NCBI GenBank assembly: GCA_963675595.2
Contig: CAXXLZ010000001.1
Span: 768,001 to 832,000 of the forward strand
Length of the DNA stretch: 64,000 nt
Direction of reading: 5' to 3'
Source of the DNA: Thermodesulfobacteriota bacterium
GTDB lineage: Bacteria > Desulfobacterota > Desulfarculia > JACQYL01
In this document: piece by piece, positions 48,950 to 60,127 of the stretch
Layout of the letters: each line of letters starts with the position of its first letter
How positions within the stretch are numbered: the first letter of the stretch is position 1
The notes under the pieces: model-generated
What the model saw: only the letters and a program-made list of their open reading frames with translations
Database searches by the model: none
What the model was told of the DNA's origin: nothing
Translations under genes and position numbers: made by a program

Positions 48950-51115
48950 TTATTCTAAAGCCAAGAACTGGGCAATTGGAAGCACCTCTATCTTCCTGAT
49001 ATTCTCTTTGAGAAATCTGAACAGGAAGACACCGTCTTCTTTATGCTCCAGATGGAACAAACGAGAATTCAACAGAAACTTCTGCGCGTCAATGGGATTC
49101 ATCCCCCGGCCCAAAAAGGGTGCAAAATATTTCTCGGCCATGGAAGAGTCAAAGGAAGTGTTGACGAGAACGTAGTCGATCTTCTTGTGCGTCAAGGTGC
49201 GAACGAGCCTCAACCCGTCGAAACCCGGGCCTAGATACACCATGGTTCGGCTTAGCCGAATCCAATCCCACATGAGATCCGGTCTCCATGTCTCAAGTAC
49301 GGGGTTTTTCGCGTAGAACGGGAATAATTCGGCGGTTAGGGGGTCCGTCAGGATCGGCGCCGTCTCCGGAATGTGTTCTCTAATATATTTCATGGTTCGG
49401 ATGAGGGCGGGATGGTGATAACGGAAAGGTCCGTTAGGCAGGCCCGTAAGGGGGAGAACATACGGTTGCACCCGATATCCCCAATCGAAGGGCAGCAGGA
49501 CCATGAGGCGATAAAAGACAACGGGGACCGCGGTGATACAAACCAGTAAAATCACGGTCACCGCACTTCTCCGGAGCCTCGGGAGTAGTCTGCAGCCTTG
49601 TTTAGGCCCCAACACGGAATCGACCCACAAAGCGATTACGGAGATGTAAGGCATAGTGAAGCAAAGCCGGTTGAACACAATGTCTTGCGCCTGTTCGGAC
49701 AAGGAGGAGAGAAACGTCACCAGAAAAGGATTGGTCATCACCAACAAAGGCACGTAAAGGTTGGATGACAAAAACAGCACCGAATTTCGCCCCAGCTCTT
49801 TCCGCCTTTTCATGAGAACGAAAGGCGCAGCTAGGAGGGAAAGCGCTCCCCAAGCCCCGAGGAATCGGAGTGGGTCCGACCAGAGGACCACCATGTAGCC
49901 CGTGCCGAATGGACGAAAAAGACCGAGCAAATCGGGGCCTTGTCGATAATTGGGTAGACTGTCCAACAAGGGGATTCGGACTAGGAACAAATCAAACAAG
50001 TACACGAGATAGGGTCCGAAAAGCATACATGCCAGGATCCAAGGGGCCGCTCTCCGCCAACGTGACGATCCCCAATCAAAGGCCAGCTTGAAGGATATGA
50101 ACGAAATATAGCTTAGGCAGGTCATGAAAAATATCGACCCATGGATGAGAAGCGTGGCTGCTCCAAGCACCAGGGCCCCCACCAGGCAAGCACGGTCTCT
50201 TTCGGCCAGGTATAGGAACAGGAGAGATATGGAGGCCAGATAGAGACTCCAAGCAACGATCCAGGAGTAATTGAAGTGCACCGGATTGAACCAGAAACCC
50301 CCGAAATGGGCGAGAAAGAAGATCACGCTGAGTCTTGTGAACCTGGGTTGCTCCAGGATGCGTCTGCTGAAGGTGTAGAACGCGCAAAGAAAGCAGGGGC
50401 CCACCAGGCTCACCAAGATAAGATATTGGCTTATGGCAGAGACGCCGCTGATGCGCAGGAAAAGAGGCTGGATTCCTTCTCTGTAGATTCTAGTGGCGGC
50501 AATTATTTCTAGAACGCCGCTTCTGATCAATCGACTCATTTCTTGCTGTTCCATCCAGCGAACAATAGTCAGCTTCAGATAGAACAAGGCGTCGGAGGTC
50601 AGCAGGAGGCTATTCTGGTTCAAGAGCAGAAGGGCGGCCAAACCCAAAGCGCACCACAAGACGAACATGGGAAACGCGCCGCCGAAGACTTCGCTTACGA
50701 ATCGGCCACGGAGTCTCAAACCTGTTGCTGTAAGCAGTGATCCCACGAGAACACCGTAACCGATTGCCACAGTACCAATTCGCCAATTGGTCCCCGTCAG
50801 ACCAAGGGTGAACAGAACCAGACAGGCAGTCGCCATTCCAAAAGAAAAATAGAGGCACAGGCGTTCGGCGACGTCGAATTTTCTGCGGAACCACAGATGG
50901 GTTTGAGCGACTCCGGGGCTCAGGATGAAAAGGAGAAACAAGCCCAAGGCGGTGGGATAGGCCCAAGAATAGCGAACGATTCCAAGGACCGGCAAAAGCA
51001 GCAGCCCGAGACCGAAGGAATAGGGCAGGGAGATGTGCAATCGGCACGTGTCCATCAAAGCTTTCAGTCGGACATGGGTGTTTCGCTGTTCAGTTTGGTG
51101 ACAAATTTGATGCAC
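48950..51115 (-). CDS. Polytopic membrane protein, possibly GT-C-fold/glycan-associated
   Basis: Many TM segments and a C-terminal soluble domain 'YIREHIPETAPILTDP...IDYVLV'. Last gene of the glycan locus. Confidence 0.55.
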   Translation of the reverse strand: MHQICHQTEQRNTHVRLKALMDTCRLHISLPYSFGLGLLLLPVLGIVRYSWAYPTALGLFLLFILSPGVAQTHLWFRRKFDVAERLCLYFSFGMATACLVLFTLGLTGTNWRIGTVAIGYGVLVGSLLTATGLRLRGRFVSEVFGGAFPMFVLWCALGLAALLLLNQNSLLLTSDALFYLKLTIVRWMEQQEMSRLIRSGVLEIIAATRIYREGIQPLFLRISGVSAISQYLILVSLVGPCFLCAFYTFSRRILEQPRFTRLSVIFFLAHFGGFWFNPVHFNYSWIVAWSLYLASISLLFLYLAERDRACLVGALVLGAATLLIHGSIFFMTCLSYISFISFKLAFDWGSSRWRRAAPWILACMLFGPYLVYLFDLFLVRIPLLDSLPNYRQGPDLLGLFRPFGTGYMVVLWSDPLRFLGAWGALSLLAAPFVLMKRRKELGRNSVLFLSSNLYVPLLVMTNPFLVTFLSSLSEQAQDIVFNRLCFTMPYISVIALWVDSVLGPKQGCRLLPRLRRSAVTVILLVCITAVPVVFYRLMVLLPFDWGYRVQPYVLPLTGLPNGPFRYHHPALIRTMKYIREHIPETAPILTDPLTAELFPFYAKNPVLETWRPDLMWDWIRLSRTMVYLGPGFDGLRLVRTLTHKKIDYVLVNTSFDSSMAEKYFAPFLGRGMNPIDAQKFLLNSRLFHLEHKEDGVFLFRFLKENIRKIEVLPIAQFLALE

Positions 51116-51165
51116 ATGTGCCCGGCCGTGAGAATCACTCTCAAGTCATGGAGAAAAGTCGAACG

Positions 51166-53058
51166 TCAGGTATTATCCGATCCTGATGAAGATGAGGATT
51201 GAGACGGACTCGTTTCCTCGCCGTTGGACGGATGGTAACTTCCTATGAGGCTTCGGAGAGTTTCGATTACTCGTTCGTCGTCCTCTCTCGTTGCCGCCGC
51301 GATGAGTTGATCCACCAGCTTCTCAAAAGCCTCGGTCGGACCGGGGCTGCAAGCAATGAGGATTTTTTCGCTTACCTTATGAGTACTCTCTTCCGCTTCG
51401 GTCAGCAGCTCTTCGAACAACTTCTCTCCAGGCCGCAGCCCTGTGAACACGATGGGAATGTCTAGATCGGGGACATGGCCGGACATGGTAATCATATGCC
51501 TGGCCAAGTCCAGGATTCGAATCTGTTCTCCCATGTCTAGAATACAGAGTTCGCCGTAATCTCCGTAGGCTGCTTGGAGGACAAGTCCCACGGCCTCACG
51601 CGTGGTCATGAAGTATCTTCGAACCTCGGGGTGGGTGACCGTGACCGGTCCGCGGAACGCAATTTGTTCCCGGAAAATGGGCACAACCGAACCCGAGGAC
51701 CCCAGAACGTTCCCGAAGCGAACCACACTGAACTTGGTTCCGGATTCTCTGGCCATGGACCGAACAACCCCTTCGCTCACGCGTTTCGTTGCGCCCATGA
51801 CGCTCGTGGGACGGACCGCCTTATCCGTGGAGATGAATGTGAACCGTTCGGCCTCCGATGACCGAGCTGCGTGCGCAGTCACTTGGGTTCCGTAAACATT
51901 GTTCTTCACAGCCACGCTGGGTGCGGCTTCCATCAAGGGCACGTGCTTATGAGCCGCCGCGTGGAAAACATCCTGCGGCTTGAACTCTTCGAATATCCGG
52001 TTGATTCGTACCTCGTCCCGAATGTCCGCAACGACCGACACAATTCGAGCGTCGGGGAACTCCCGTTCGAATGAGCGTTGCTGCATGTATAAGGAGTTTT
52101 CGTTGATATCGAGCATAATCAGGGTATCTGCTTCATTAACAAGTAACTGCCGACAAATTTCACTTCCGATGGAACCGGCGGCCCCGGTCACAAGCACGCG
52201 CCTGCCGCGGATCATGTCTGCGGTACCCGTCTTACCCAGGTCCACTTCATCTCTTTGTAGGAGGTCTTCAGGGGTCAAATCGGAAAGGAGGGGGGTTCTC
52301 GAGGGTTCTTGGAGATAAACGTAGGACACCGGAAGTATTTTGAATCGGACATGCAGGTTCGCGCAGATGGAAAGGAGTTCGCGAATGCTTCGGGCCGGGA
52401 GCCTCGGGATGGCGATAAGCAGCATGTGAATGGAGTGAGCCTTGATGAGTTTGGGCAGGTCGGCAATGGAGCCGAAGACGGGTCTGCCTCCAATGTAAGT
52501 TCCGTGTTTGCCCCGGTCGTCATCCACAAAGCCTATGACCCGGTACATATGTGCTTTAGAGCGCATTAGGTCTCTCAGGAGTTGTTCGCCCGTACCGCCT
52601 GCGCCGAGTATGAGACATCTTATGGCGTTTTCGTTCCGTGAAAGGGACCTCTCAACCACAAAGAGGTGCGCAATTCTGGGTGAGAAACGGACGAGTCCCA
52701 TTAATGAAGCACTCAAAAGCATCTCGATAATAATGACCGAGCGTGGAATCCAATCGCCCCGTCCAGGGCCCAGACCGATTCTGGAGATAAACAGCATGGT
52801 CAGGAAAAGGCCGGAACCGAAGATGGATGCAATGCCAACGCGAATGGCGTCGGGAAAGCCGGAAAAACGAAACGACCATCGGTGCAACCTGAGGAGATAA
52901 TTCGCTGAAAGCCTCGAAATTACTAACAGAATCACCAAGGCGGGGAACGCTGCGAGGTACGGAGGTGGTAGATAACCTTCAAACCTGATGATTAAAGAAA
53001 GCCAAAGGCCTAGTACCGCTATTAGGGAGTCTAAGATAACGACCAGAAGAATTTTCAT
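51166..53058 (-). CDS. Membrane-bound UDP-sugar 4,6-dehydratase (PglF/CapD/WbpM family)
   Basis: VTGAAGSIGSE, HAAAHKHVP, STDKAV, VMGATK, RFGNVLGS, GLRPGEKL. Confidence 0.93.
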   Translation of the reverse strand: MKILLVVILDSLIAVLGLWLSLIIRFEGYLPPPYLAAFPALVILLVISRLSANYLLRLHRWSFRFSGFPDAIRVGIASIFGSGLFLTMLFISRIGLGPGRGDWIPRSVIIIEMLLSASLMGLVRFSPRIAHLFVVERSLSRNENAIRCLILGAGGTGEQLLRDLMRSKAHMYRVIGFVDDDRGKHGTYIGGRPVFGSIADLPKLIKAHSIHMLLIAIPRLPARSIRELLSICANLHVRFKILPVSYVYLQEPSRTPLLSDLTPEDLLQRDEVDLGKTGTADMIRGRRVLVTGAAGSIGSEICRQLLVNEADTLIMLDINENSLYMQQRSFEREFPDARIVSVVADIRDEVRINRIFEEFKPQDVFHAAAHKHVPLMEAAPSVAVKNNVYGTQVTAHAARSSEAERFTFISTDKAVRPTSVMGATKRVSEGVVRSMARESGTKFSVVRFGNVLGSSGSVVPIFREQIAFRGPVTVTHPEVRRYFMTTREAVGLVLQAAYGDYGELCILDMGEQIRILDLARHMITMSGHVPDLDIPIVFTGLRPGEKLFEELLTEAEESTHKVSEKILIACSPGPTEAFEKLVDQLIAAATREDDERVIETLRSLIGSYHPSNGEETSPSQSSSSSGSDNT

Positions 53059-53335
53059 TTACCGCTTTCACTGTACCGACATGTCGAATCAAGGCTGGAT
53101 CGCGGGACTCAGCCCATGCAGCCGCTTCGGTATCGGATGAATGTGTCGAATGGGAGCGACGGTCCTCCGAGAAGACCGCCTTCGGAACACGCGGTTGCGG
53201 CGGATCGGACTTACGAAACGTGAGACGTTTGAGTCGCAATCCGTAAATAAGCACCATGTGCTCCGCGAGCCGAATTTTCTTGCCTGTTGTGTGTATCGGC
53301 ATAGGTGTTTAACCTGCGGCGGGCGATGTCGGAAG

Positions 53336-54514
53336 TCAGCTACGAACCTCGAGCGATTCATTTATGGTGTCGCAAATGAAGTCGACCTCATCCCTTCCGA
53401 GACCTGGATAAATGGGCAACGACAAGCATCCCCTCCATATCTTTTCGGCATTGGGAAAATGATCCGGTAGTAGATGATATCTGTCCCGGTAATAGGTCAT
53501 TCTATGCAAGGGCTTGTAATGAACCGAAGTGCCGACGCCCTTCTCGGCCAGCTTGTTCATCAGCTCTTCGCGGGATATCGGGGCGGATTCTTTCAGCACA
53601 ATCACGAATAGATGCCAGGCATGCCAGGATGGGTCCTTGTCGCCCGTGATGAGATCCAGGTGCTCGTTCGTCGAGAGTCGCTCCATGTATTGCCTGGCAC
53701 AACGCTCTCTATCGTCCCTTCTTTCGGACACATATTCGAGTTGCGCCAAGCCGATGGCCGCGTTGACGTCCGGCATGTTATATTTGTATCCTGGCGCAAC
53801 GACGTCATATTCCCAGGAAGACTGCGTGGAGGTATATCTGCTCCATACGTCCCGGTCAATGCCGTGAAGTCTCATGATCTTTGCCCGTTTCCAAACGCAC
53901 TCGTCGTTCGTAACGAGCATTCCGCCTTCACCGGTGGTCAGTGTTTTGTTCGCATAGAAACTGAAACAGGTCACGTCGCCGAAAGTGCCGACGAAGTCGT
54001 TTCCGATTCGTGTCGGAAGGGCGTGGGCCGCGTCTTCAACGATACGGACTCCATGCTGGCGACAGATGTCCAGTATCCCCCGCTCGTGCCCCGTGGAGAC
54101 CATTTCCGCGGCATTACCGCCGAAGTGAACAAGCACGAGATACCGGACATCGGGGTGCGCCGCAAGGGACCTCAACAGAATTTGGGGTGATATGTTGGCG
54201 GTTTCGTATTCGACGTCGAGGAAAACCGGGTCCGCACCCAAATACCGAATGACCTCCGCAGTGGCCGTGAATGTGAAACTGGGGACGAAGACCCTATCTC
54301 CGGGCCGGATCCCAATCGCTTCCAGCCCAAGATGAAGAGCCGCGGTGCACGAGTTTACTGAACAAGCGAATCGGGAACCCACAAGCTTTGTGAACTTGTC
54401 TTCAAATGCAACCGCTTTTGGTCCCGTTGTGAGCCAGCCACACTCGAAAGCCTCGCGGACGTACTTTAGTTCATTTCTATTATAAGCCGTTCTGAAAAAG
54501 GGTATTTTTCTCAC
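53336..54514 (-). CDS. DegT/DnrJ/EryC1/StrS sugar aminotransferase
   Basis: NSCTAALHL, EDAAHA, FSFYANKTLTTGEGG. Confidence 0.93.
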   Translation of the reverse strand: MRKIPFFRTAYNRNELKYVREAFECGWLTTGPKAVAFEDKFTKLVGSRFACSVNSCTAALHLGLEAIGIRPGDRVFVPSFTFTATAEVIRYLGADPVFLDVEYETANISPQILLRSLAAHPDVRYLVLVHFGGNAAEMVSTGHERGILDICRQHGVRIVEDAAHALPTRIGNDFVGTFGDVTCFSFYANKTLTTGEGGMLVTNDECVWKRAKIMRLHGIDRDVWSRYTSTQSSWEYDVVAPGYKYNMPDVNAAIGLAQLEYVSERRDDRERCARQYMERLSTNEHLDLITGDKDPSWHAWHLFVIVLKESAPISREELMNKLAEKGVGTSVHYKPLHRMTYYRDRYHLLPDHFPNAEKIWRGCLSLPIYPGLGRDEVDFICDTINESLEVRS

Positions 54515-54554
54515 TGTGGAAATCCAATCCCTCCATGAAAGCGTGGAGTTTGGT

Positions 54555-55244
54555 CTAAGCCTTTATGAGCGCAGTCACAGTACGTGCCAGTATTTCTATG
54601 TCCTTGGACAAAGAGATGTTTTCTATGTACGCTTCGTACAAATCGAGCTTGTGAGGAAGCTGGACCTGTCTGTAGTAAATTGTCGGATCAAGCTGCTCTT
54701 CTAACAAACTCTCTTCATTTCTGAAAGTTACCGATGCAAGATCGGTAATTCCGGGGGTGACCTGGAGAACTCGTGCCCATCTTTCAGGATAGACGGCAAT
54801 CCACTGTGGTACTTCCGGTCTTGGTCCGACAAGCGACATATCTCCTTTGAACACGTTCCATAGCTGTGGCAACTCATCAAGCTTCAGCTTCCTTAAGGCC
54901 TTTCCGCACCTTGTGACACGGGCACCACATCCCACGTCAAAGGAGCCGGACTCCGTTCCCTTGACAACGCGCATGGTCCTGTACTTGTAAATGAAAAAAG
55001 GTTTACCGCATCGCCCAATTCGCAATTGTCTGAACAAAACGGGAAGTCCGTCGAACGAATACACTATTCCCGCCAGCGCCACAAGAAAGGGCAACAGACC
55101 AGCTAGTGCGGCGGCCGAAAATATGACATCAAGATAACGTTTAAAGGTAATGTATTTCAACGTCTCCATGTCCACGAAACCGATGGCCTGGAATGCCGTT
55201 ATCAGTTTTTGCACGGAAAGCGGTCGCTTCCTGAATACGTTCAA
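54555..55244 (-). CDS. Initiating undecaprenyl-phosphate sugar transferase (PglC-like)
   Basis: KRYLD, YKYRTM, KLDELPQLWNVFKGDMSLVGPRPE. Confidence 0.92.
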   Translation of the reverse strand: MNVFRKRPLSVQKLITAFQAIGFVDMETLKYITFKRYLDVIFSAAALAGLLPFLVALAGIVYSFDGLPVLFRQLRIGRCGKPFFIYKYRTMRVVKGTESGSFDVGCGARVTRCGKALRKLKLDELPQLWNVFKGDMSLVGPRPEVPQWIAVYPERWARVLQVTPGITDLASVTFRNEESLLEEQLDPTIYYRQVQLPHKLDLYEAYIENISLSKDIEILARTVTALIKA

Positions 55245-56359
55245 CCGATGCCGGAAAAAAGACTTTCCAATTTCTTAGCAGGGACGGCATGATCTGTAAA
55301 CAGATTTACCGTGTGTCGGCAGGCGTTTTCGGAGCATGGACACGATCCAGCGATATATCCCCATTTTTCAAGCCCTCTGGTGAGAGGGTGGAGAGGAGAA
55401 ATAAACCAGTCCCCCAGAGGCACCTTTAGATGCATCGCTTTATCGAGAACTTTCTTCTTATTCGGCACTGCCACCGGATAGCGAAGCATCCCATGCAAAG
55501 CATACTCGGGCTGGCGGGGACGTTCAATACCTTTGATCTTCGAGAGAATATCATCGTAGTAAGCGGCGACCCTCCTTCGATGTTTCAGCGCTTGATCTAT
55601 CGCTGCAAGCCGGCTCATGAACAGGCGTTTTTGTCGCGAACCCATCGTAAGCTCGTATAAAGGGGGCATGTCGGTGGTTGTGAGTTCACGATTCGTGGAG
55701 GAGCCCACGGACAAACCCCATTCCTGCGTGAGAAAGCGATAGCAACGGATTAGAGGATAGTGAAGTTCGGGTTTATCGGCAAGGGGTCTCAGCAGAACTT
55801 GAAGAAGGAGAAGCGCCTCTCGTGCGAAAGTAGGTGAAGCGAAGGATGCTAAAACAGCCTTGATACGAGCAGCGAGAAGCGGGTCGGACGTGGTGGCGAG
55901 CCCCCCCAGTCCTGTGCTTATGGGTTTGGACCATTGGCTCGAGAAGAACGCGGCATGGGTCAATGTGCCGCAATTTCGACCGCGATAGGAGGAGCCAAGT
56001 CCGTGAGCGCAGTCTTCGATCACCGGAACTCGACGTCTTTCCGCGAGTTCTAGAATCGGCTCGAGGTCGGGCGAAAGTCCGAATGTGTTTTGAACCAGAA
56101 TCGCTTTGGTCTTGGCCGTTAGAACGCGCGCGACAGTGGACGCGGTTACGTTGTAGGTATCCGGGTCGATGTCCGCGTAGACCGGGTTGGCGCCGGTGTA
56201 GACCACCGCACTGGGGACGACGAAGCAGGTAAAGCCGGGGACCACGACGTCGTCGCCCGAGCCCACCTCCATTGCTCTCAATATGGCGTTGAGTGCGGCG
56301 CGTCCTTTCCAAAACCAAAATAACTGAGTCCCTTCCGGGAAGTAGCTCTGGTCGGTCAA
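55241..56359 (-). CDS. DegT-family PLP-dependent aminotransferase (divergent)
   Basis: TTG start overlaps the upstream stop; PGFTC.VV, EDCAH, FSSQWSK...GG. Confidence 0.85.
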   Translation of the reverse strand: MTDQSYFPEGTQLFWFWKGRAALNAILRAMEVGSGDDVVVPGFTCFVVPSAVVYTGANPVYADIDPDTYNVTASTVARVLTAKTKAILVQNTFGLSPDLEPILELAERRRVPVIEDCAHGLGSSYRGRNCGTLTHAAFFSSQWSKPISTGLGGLATTSDPLLAARIKAVLASFASPTFAREALLLLQVLLRPLADKPELHYPLIRCYRFLTQEWGLSVGSSTNRELTTTDMPPLYELTMGSRQKRLFMSRLAAIDQALKHRRRVAAYYDDILSKIKGIERPRQPEYALHGMLRYPVAVPNKKKVLDKAMHLKVPLGDWFISPLHPLTRGLEKWGYIAGSCPCSENACRHTVNLFTDHAVPAKKLESLFSGIG

Positions 56360-57222
56360 TCGGAATACCCCAGCTGCTTCAAAGTGGCGTCGAGGCGGCG
56401 GGTCAGTGCCGCTTGCTCTATGGGCGTGAGTGAGCTTCGCCACCGGCCCACGGTGTTTGTCCTGATTTGGGAATCCGGGAAAGACTCCGTATCCGTGGTG
56501 GCAGTGAGGCCGGCTCTTGAAAAGAGAGTGTCTATTTCCACCGCGGGCTTGAAGACCAAATTCTCGAAGAGAATGGTGGCCTTTTGCTCCTTGGGAATGC
56601 ATTCGAGTCCGCTGATTGCGGCCTCCACACAAGTACGCCACTGAATAGCGCAAACTTCCAGCAAAGAGTGATTTCTGCGCAGGTCCGAAAGGCCTAAAAA
56701 ACGCGGCCCCCAAGAGGATTGCTCCCCGTTACCGAACCGAAGTCGGCTGGCTTGGAAGGACAGATATCGCATGGCATAATAAAGCATATCCCCCAAGGGA
56801 ACCCATCTTGCCTTCTCCAATAGGTAGCCGGGTTGCGGGCGAGACCGCCACCTCGCTCTGGCGGACTCGGCAACGGCCCTGCCATCGCGAATGATGTGAA
56901 CAAAAAAAGCATCGGGGAAAATCTTGTAAACAAAAGGAACGCGAAGGCAATTGGCCACGGTCTTTTCAACCACCCGAAAACGTCCGTGCTTCCTCGAAAA
57001 CGCCCGAAAACGATCCCGGATATACCGGACCACTTCAGGGCGGGCATGCTCGGGCAATAGCTCGTCGGTGGGATACCCGGCGTTGTGGTGGCGCCAAATA
57101 TAGTTGATTTCTCTAGGAAAACAAACGGTGTTTTCGGCGGTGCCGAGAACACTCCTCAATAGTTTTGTGCCAGAACGGCCAGCACCGATTATAATGATGG
57201 GAGTATCGCTAAAGGTTGTCAT
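56356..57222 (-). CDS. Sulfotransferase
   Basis: PAPS-binding motif GAGRSGTKLL, EKT, IIRDGRAVAES. Confidence 0.88.
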   Translation of the reverse strand: MTTFSDTPIIIIGAGRSGTKLLRSVLGTAENTVCFPREINYIWRHHNAGYPTDELLPEHARPEVVRYIRDRFRAFSRKHGRFRVVEKTVANCLRVPFVYKIFPDAFFVHIIRDGRAVAESARARWRSRPQPGYLLEKARWVPLGDMLYYAMRYLSFQASRLRFGNGEQSSWGPRFLGLSDLRRNHSLLEVCAIQWRTCVEAAISGLECIPKEQKATILFENLVFKPAVEIDTLFSRAGLTATTDTESFPDSQIRTNTVGRWRSSLTPIEQAALTRRLDATLKQLGYSD

Positions 57223-57356
57223 AAGTAGTCCAATTATATCTCATCTGATGGATATCGGCCCTTCATCCATGCAATCATACCAAACGAATATAATAAATAT
57301 ATGATTGCATCGGCATCTAAGGACAATTTATTCGGATATTATGACGATCGCGTACC

Positions 57357-58496
57357 TTATAATGGTAGTCCAAGCTCTCTATAGACTTCCAAGTGTCTTG
57401 AGGTAACAACGGATTCATCGAACTCTTTAGTGACCCACTCACGTCCCCTTTGCCCCATTTGCGCTCGTCTATTCGAATCATCCATGAGAGCCAGGATGGA
57501 GGCAGCCAGCGCATCGGCATTCCTTGGAGGCACCAATAGTCCGGTCACCTCATTCAATATCGATTCACGACATCCGGCCACATCAGTGGTAATAACGGGA
57601 ACTCCGCATGCCGCAGCCTCGAGATTGGTTCTAGGCATGCCCTCCCTGTACGAGGGTGACACGAAGATGTCCACCGATCGCAGCACTTTGGCGGGGTCGG
57701 AGAGGTATCCGAGATATTCCACTACTCCTCTGTCAACATACGGTTGCAGGTACTCGATCGGCACCGAGTCAGGGTGCGTCGGGTCGGACTCTCCGGCGAT
57801 TTGGAAGGACACGGCACCGTTTGGGCGTACAGTTTTGCAGAGTTCGGCGGCCTCGAGGAACTCCTTTACCCCCTTCTGGACGAGCAACCTTGCGATCATG
57901 AGAACCTTGATCGGGCGATTCGGCGGAAGCTCTTTTTTGGGGGTGAAATTCTTGGTTCTGATACCGGAACTCTTGATGATTCTTGACTCTTCAGTCTTCA
58001 CAATGCCTTCTCGTACGAACAGTTCCATATCATCAGTATTCTGAAATATAGTCATATGACCCATTCTGAGTGTGAGCCGATACGTAGTGAAGAGAAGTAA
58101 CCGTTTGTAATACCCGGAATCTATTGCGTATCCAAGCCCTGTAATAGTATTTACCAATTTTGCATCTGAAATAAACCTACCTACGAATGATCCTATGGCA
58201 ATAGGTTTGAGATTAAATTGGTGAATAAGCTTTGGCTTGAATTTGTTAATTACGTTAATCAATTTGAGTATGGTACGATATTCTCGTTCAAACTTAACTC
58301 CATACCTGTTAAAATTGATATCGATAAAAATAATTCCACAATCTATTAAACGTATTGAGTATGAATCTGAGCTAGCTACAGCTACAACAACCCATCCAAT
58401 ATCTTTGAGATAATTCATCAGAGAAAGTCTTGATTGAGATAAAGCGAAAGATCGATTGGCAACAAATAAAGCCGTATTCAGATGGTGGTTATTCAT
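57357..58496 (-). CDS. Glycosyltransferase family 4 (PglA/CapM-like)
   Basis: NTITGLG, ARLLVQKG, SYREGMPRTNLEAAACG, TTDVAGCRE. Confidence 0.92.
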   Translation of the reverse strand: MNNHHLNTALFVANRSFALSQSRLSLMNYLKDIGWVVVAVASSDSYSIRLIDCGIIFIDINFNRYGVKFEREYRTILKLINVINKFKPKLIHQFNLKPIAIGSFVGRFISDAKLVNTITGLGYAIDSGYYKRLLLFTTYRLTLRMGHMTIFQNTDDMELFVREGIVKTEESRIIKSSGIRTKNFTPKKELPPNRPIKVLMIARLLVQKGVKEFLEAAELCKTVRPNGAVSFQIAGESDPTHPDSVPIEYLQPYVDRGVVEYLGYLSDPAKVLRSVDIFVSPSYREGMPRTNLEAAACGVPVITTDVAGCRESILNEVTGLLVPPRNADALAASILALMDDSNRRAQMGQRGREWVTKEFDESVVTSRHLEVYRELGLPL

Positions 58497-58939
58497 TACT
58501 TGGGTTAACCTTTCGAGAACGGCAAGCCCCTCAAAAGGGCTATGGCTGCCGTGTCATCAACCTGTGTGCGTATATTATCAGCAAATGAGACAATGATCAT
58601 AAGGAACTGAATCGAAAAGCAAGGGCTATGAATTGAATAGGTGAACAAGCGAACATAGCCGCCGGAATCCGGGTTGGGCAAACGCTGCGTGTTCACAGGA
58701 TGGCCGGGGGGAACAACATCACTCCGGTCACTCCGGTCGAAGGTTTTCGTCATCCCCGAGATCCAGTAACCTGCTGTTCTCATAGAAGACACGATCCCGG
58801 TTGCGACGCGCAAGCAAACACTACCCCTAAAGGTGTCACCACCGGAATTAAATGTCATGTAAACGCCGGAATGAAATGTCCTCCCAGATGAGCGAAAGGT
58901 ATTACCTTCAGCGCAACGAGAAAGAGCTGGAGGTGGCCG

Positions 58940-60127
58940 ATGCTCAAGAAGGAGGACTGGGTGGAAATCAGAACACAAGTTGAGAGAGGCGTCTACAAGA
59001 AAGACGTGGCGGAGAAGCTGGGAGTGCATCCACGGACCGTCAGCAGGGCCCTGGAACGCGGAGGAGCACCGACGGGAAGGAAAAGCGTCGTCCGAGGAAA
59101 CAAGCTGGACCCCTTCAAACCGGTGATCGACGGATTGCTCCGGGAGGGCGTTTGGAACGCGATGGTGATTCTGCGAGAGATCCAGGCGCGGGGTTACAGA
59201 GGCGGCATCACCATTTTGAGGGCGTATATTCACCCGAAGCGTCCCTTGAGGCGGAGCCGGGCCACGGTACGATTCGAGACCGGTCCGGGCGAGCAGCTGC
59301 AAAACGATTGGGGAGAGTTGATCACCACGGTGGCCGGAACTCCTCGAAAGGTCTTTTTCAACGTAAGCACTCTGGGCTTTTCCCGTCGCTTCTTTTTCTG
59401 GTGTTCGGAAAGAAACGATTCCGAGCACACCTACGAAGGACTGATTCGCGCCTTCGAGTACTTCGGCGGAGCAACCCGGGAGGTGCTGGTGGATAACCTC
59501 AAGGCGGCGGTGATCAGTCACAGGATCGGGGAGAGCGTTCGGTTCAATGAGCGATTCGTCGACTTGGCCGGGCACTATGGTTTCAACCCAAAGGCCTGTC
59601 GGCCTCGGAGAGCACGGACCAAAGGCAAAGACGAACGGATGGTGGGATATGCCAAGCACCACTTCTTTGTCCGTTACCGCGAGTTCGAGAGCTTCGACCA
59701 AATGAACGAGTTGGCCGAGCAATGGCTGAGAGACGAAGCCGACAAGAGGCTTCACGGTACGGTCAAGGAAATCGTGATCGAGCGGTTCGGCCGGGAGGCG
59801 GAGCACCTCAAACCTCTTCCCGCCCGGCGTTATGACACTTCCTATGTGGAACACCGTTCGGTCCATTGGGACGGCTATATCGACGTTCTGGGCAACCGCT
59901 ACAGCGTGCCTTCCGAATATTGCGGTCAAACGGTGAGAATACGCATCGGCCTGAACGGAGAGCTTCGGGTCTATGCCGGGGAGTGCATGGTGGCCGAGCA
60001 CACCCTGCGAAGCACCGCCGAGGGCTGGGTGAAGGTCCCCTCCCATCATGCGGAACTGTGGCGTGACGCTCTTCAAGTCCAACGAAGGGACCTCTCCGTC
60101 TATGAGGAGGTGGGCCGATGGAATTAG
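58940..60127 (+). CDS. istA: IS21 transposase
   Basis: N-terminal HTH, RFETGPGEQLQNDW, VLVDN, RARTKGKDER. Confidence 0.95.
   Translation: MLKKEDWVEIRTQVERGVYKKDVAEKLGVHPRTVSRALERGGAPTGRKSVVRGNKLDPFKPVIDGLLREGVWNAMVILREIQARGYRGGITILRAYIHPKRPLRRSRATVRFETGPGEQLQNDWGELITTVAGTPRKVFFNVSTLGFSRRFFFWCSERNDSEHTYEGLIRAFEYFGGATREVLVDNLKAAVISHRIGESVRFNERFVDLAGHYGFNPKACRPRRARTKGKDERMVGYAKHHFFVRYREFESFDQMNELAEQWLRDEADKRLHGTVKEIVIERFGREAEHLKPLPARRYDTSYVEHRSVHWDGYIDVLGNRYSVPSEYCGQTVRIRIGLNGELRVYAGECMVAEHTLRSTAEGWVKVPSHHAELWRDALQVQRRDLSVYEEVGRWN

Noticed and set aside
58505-60082. 525-aa minus-strand ORF
   Set aside because: Antisense to istA and runs across the IS end, so it is not a coherent gene.
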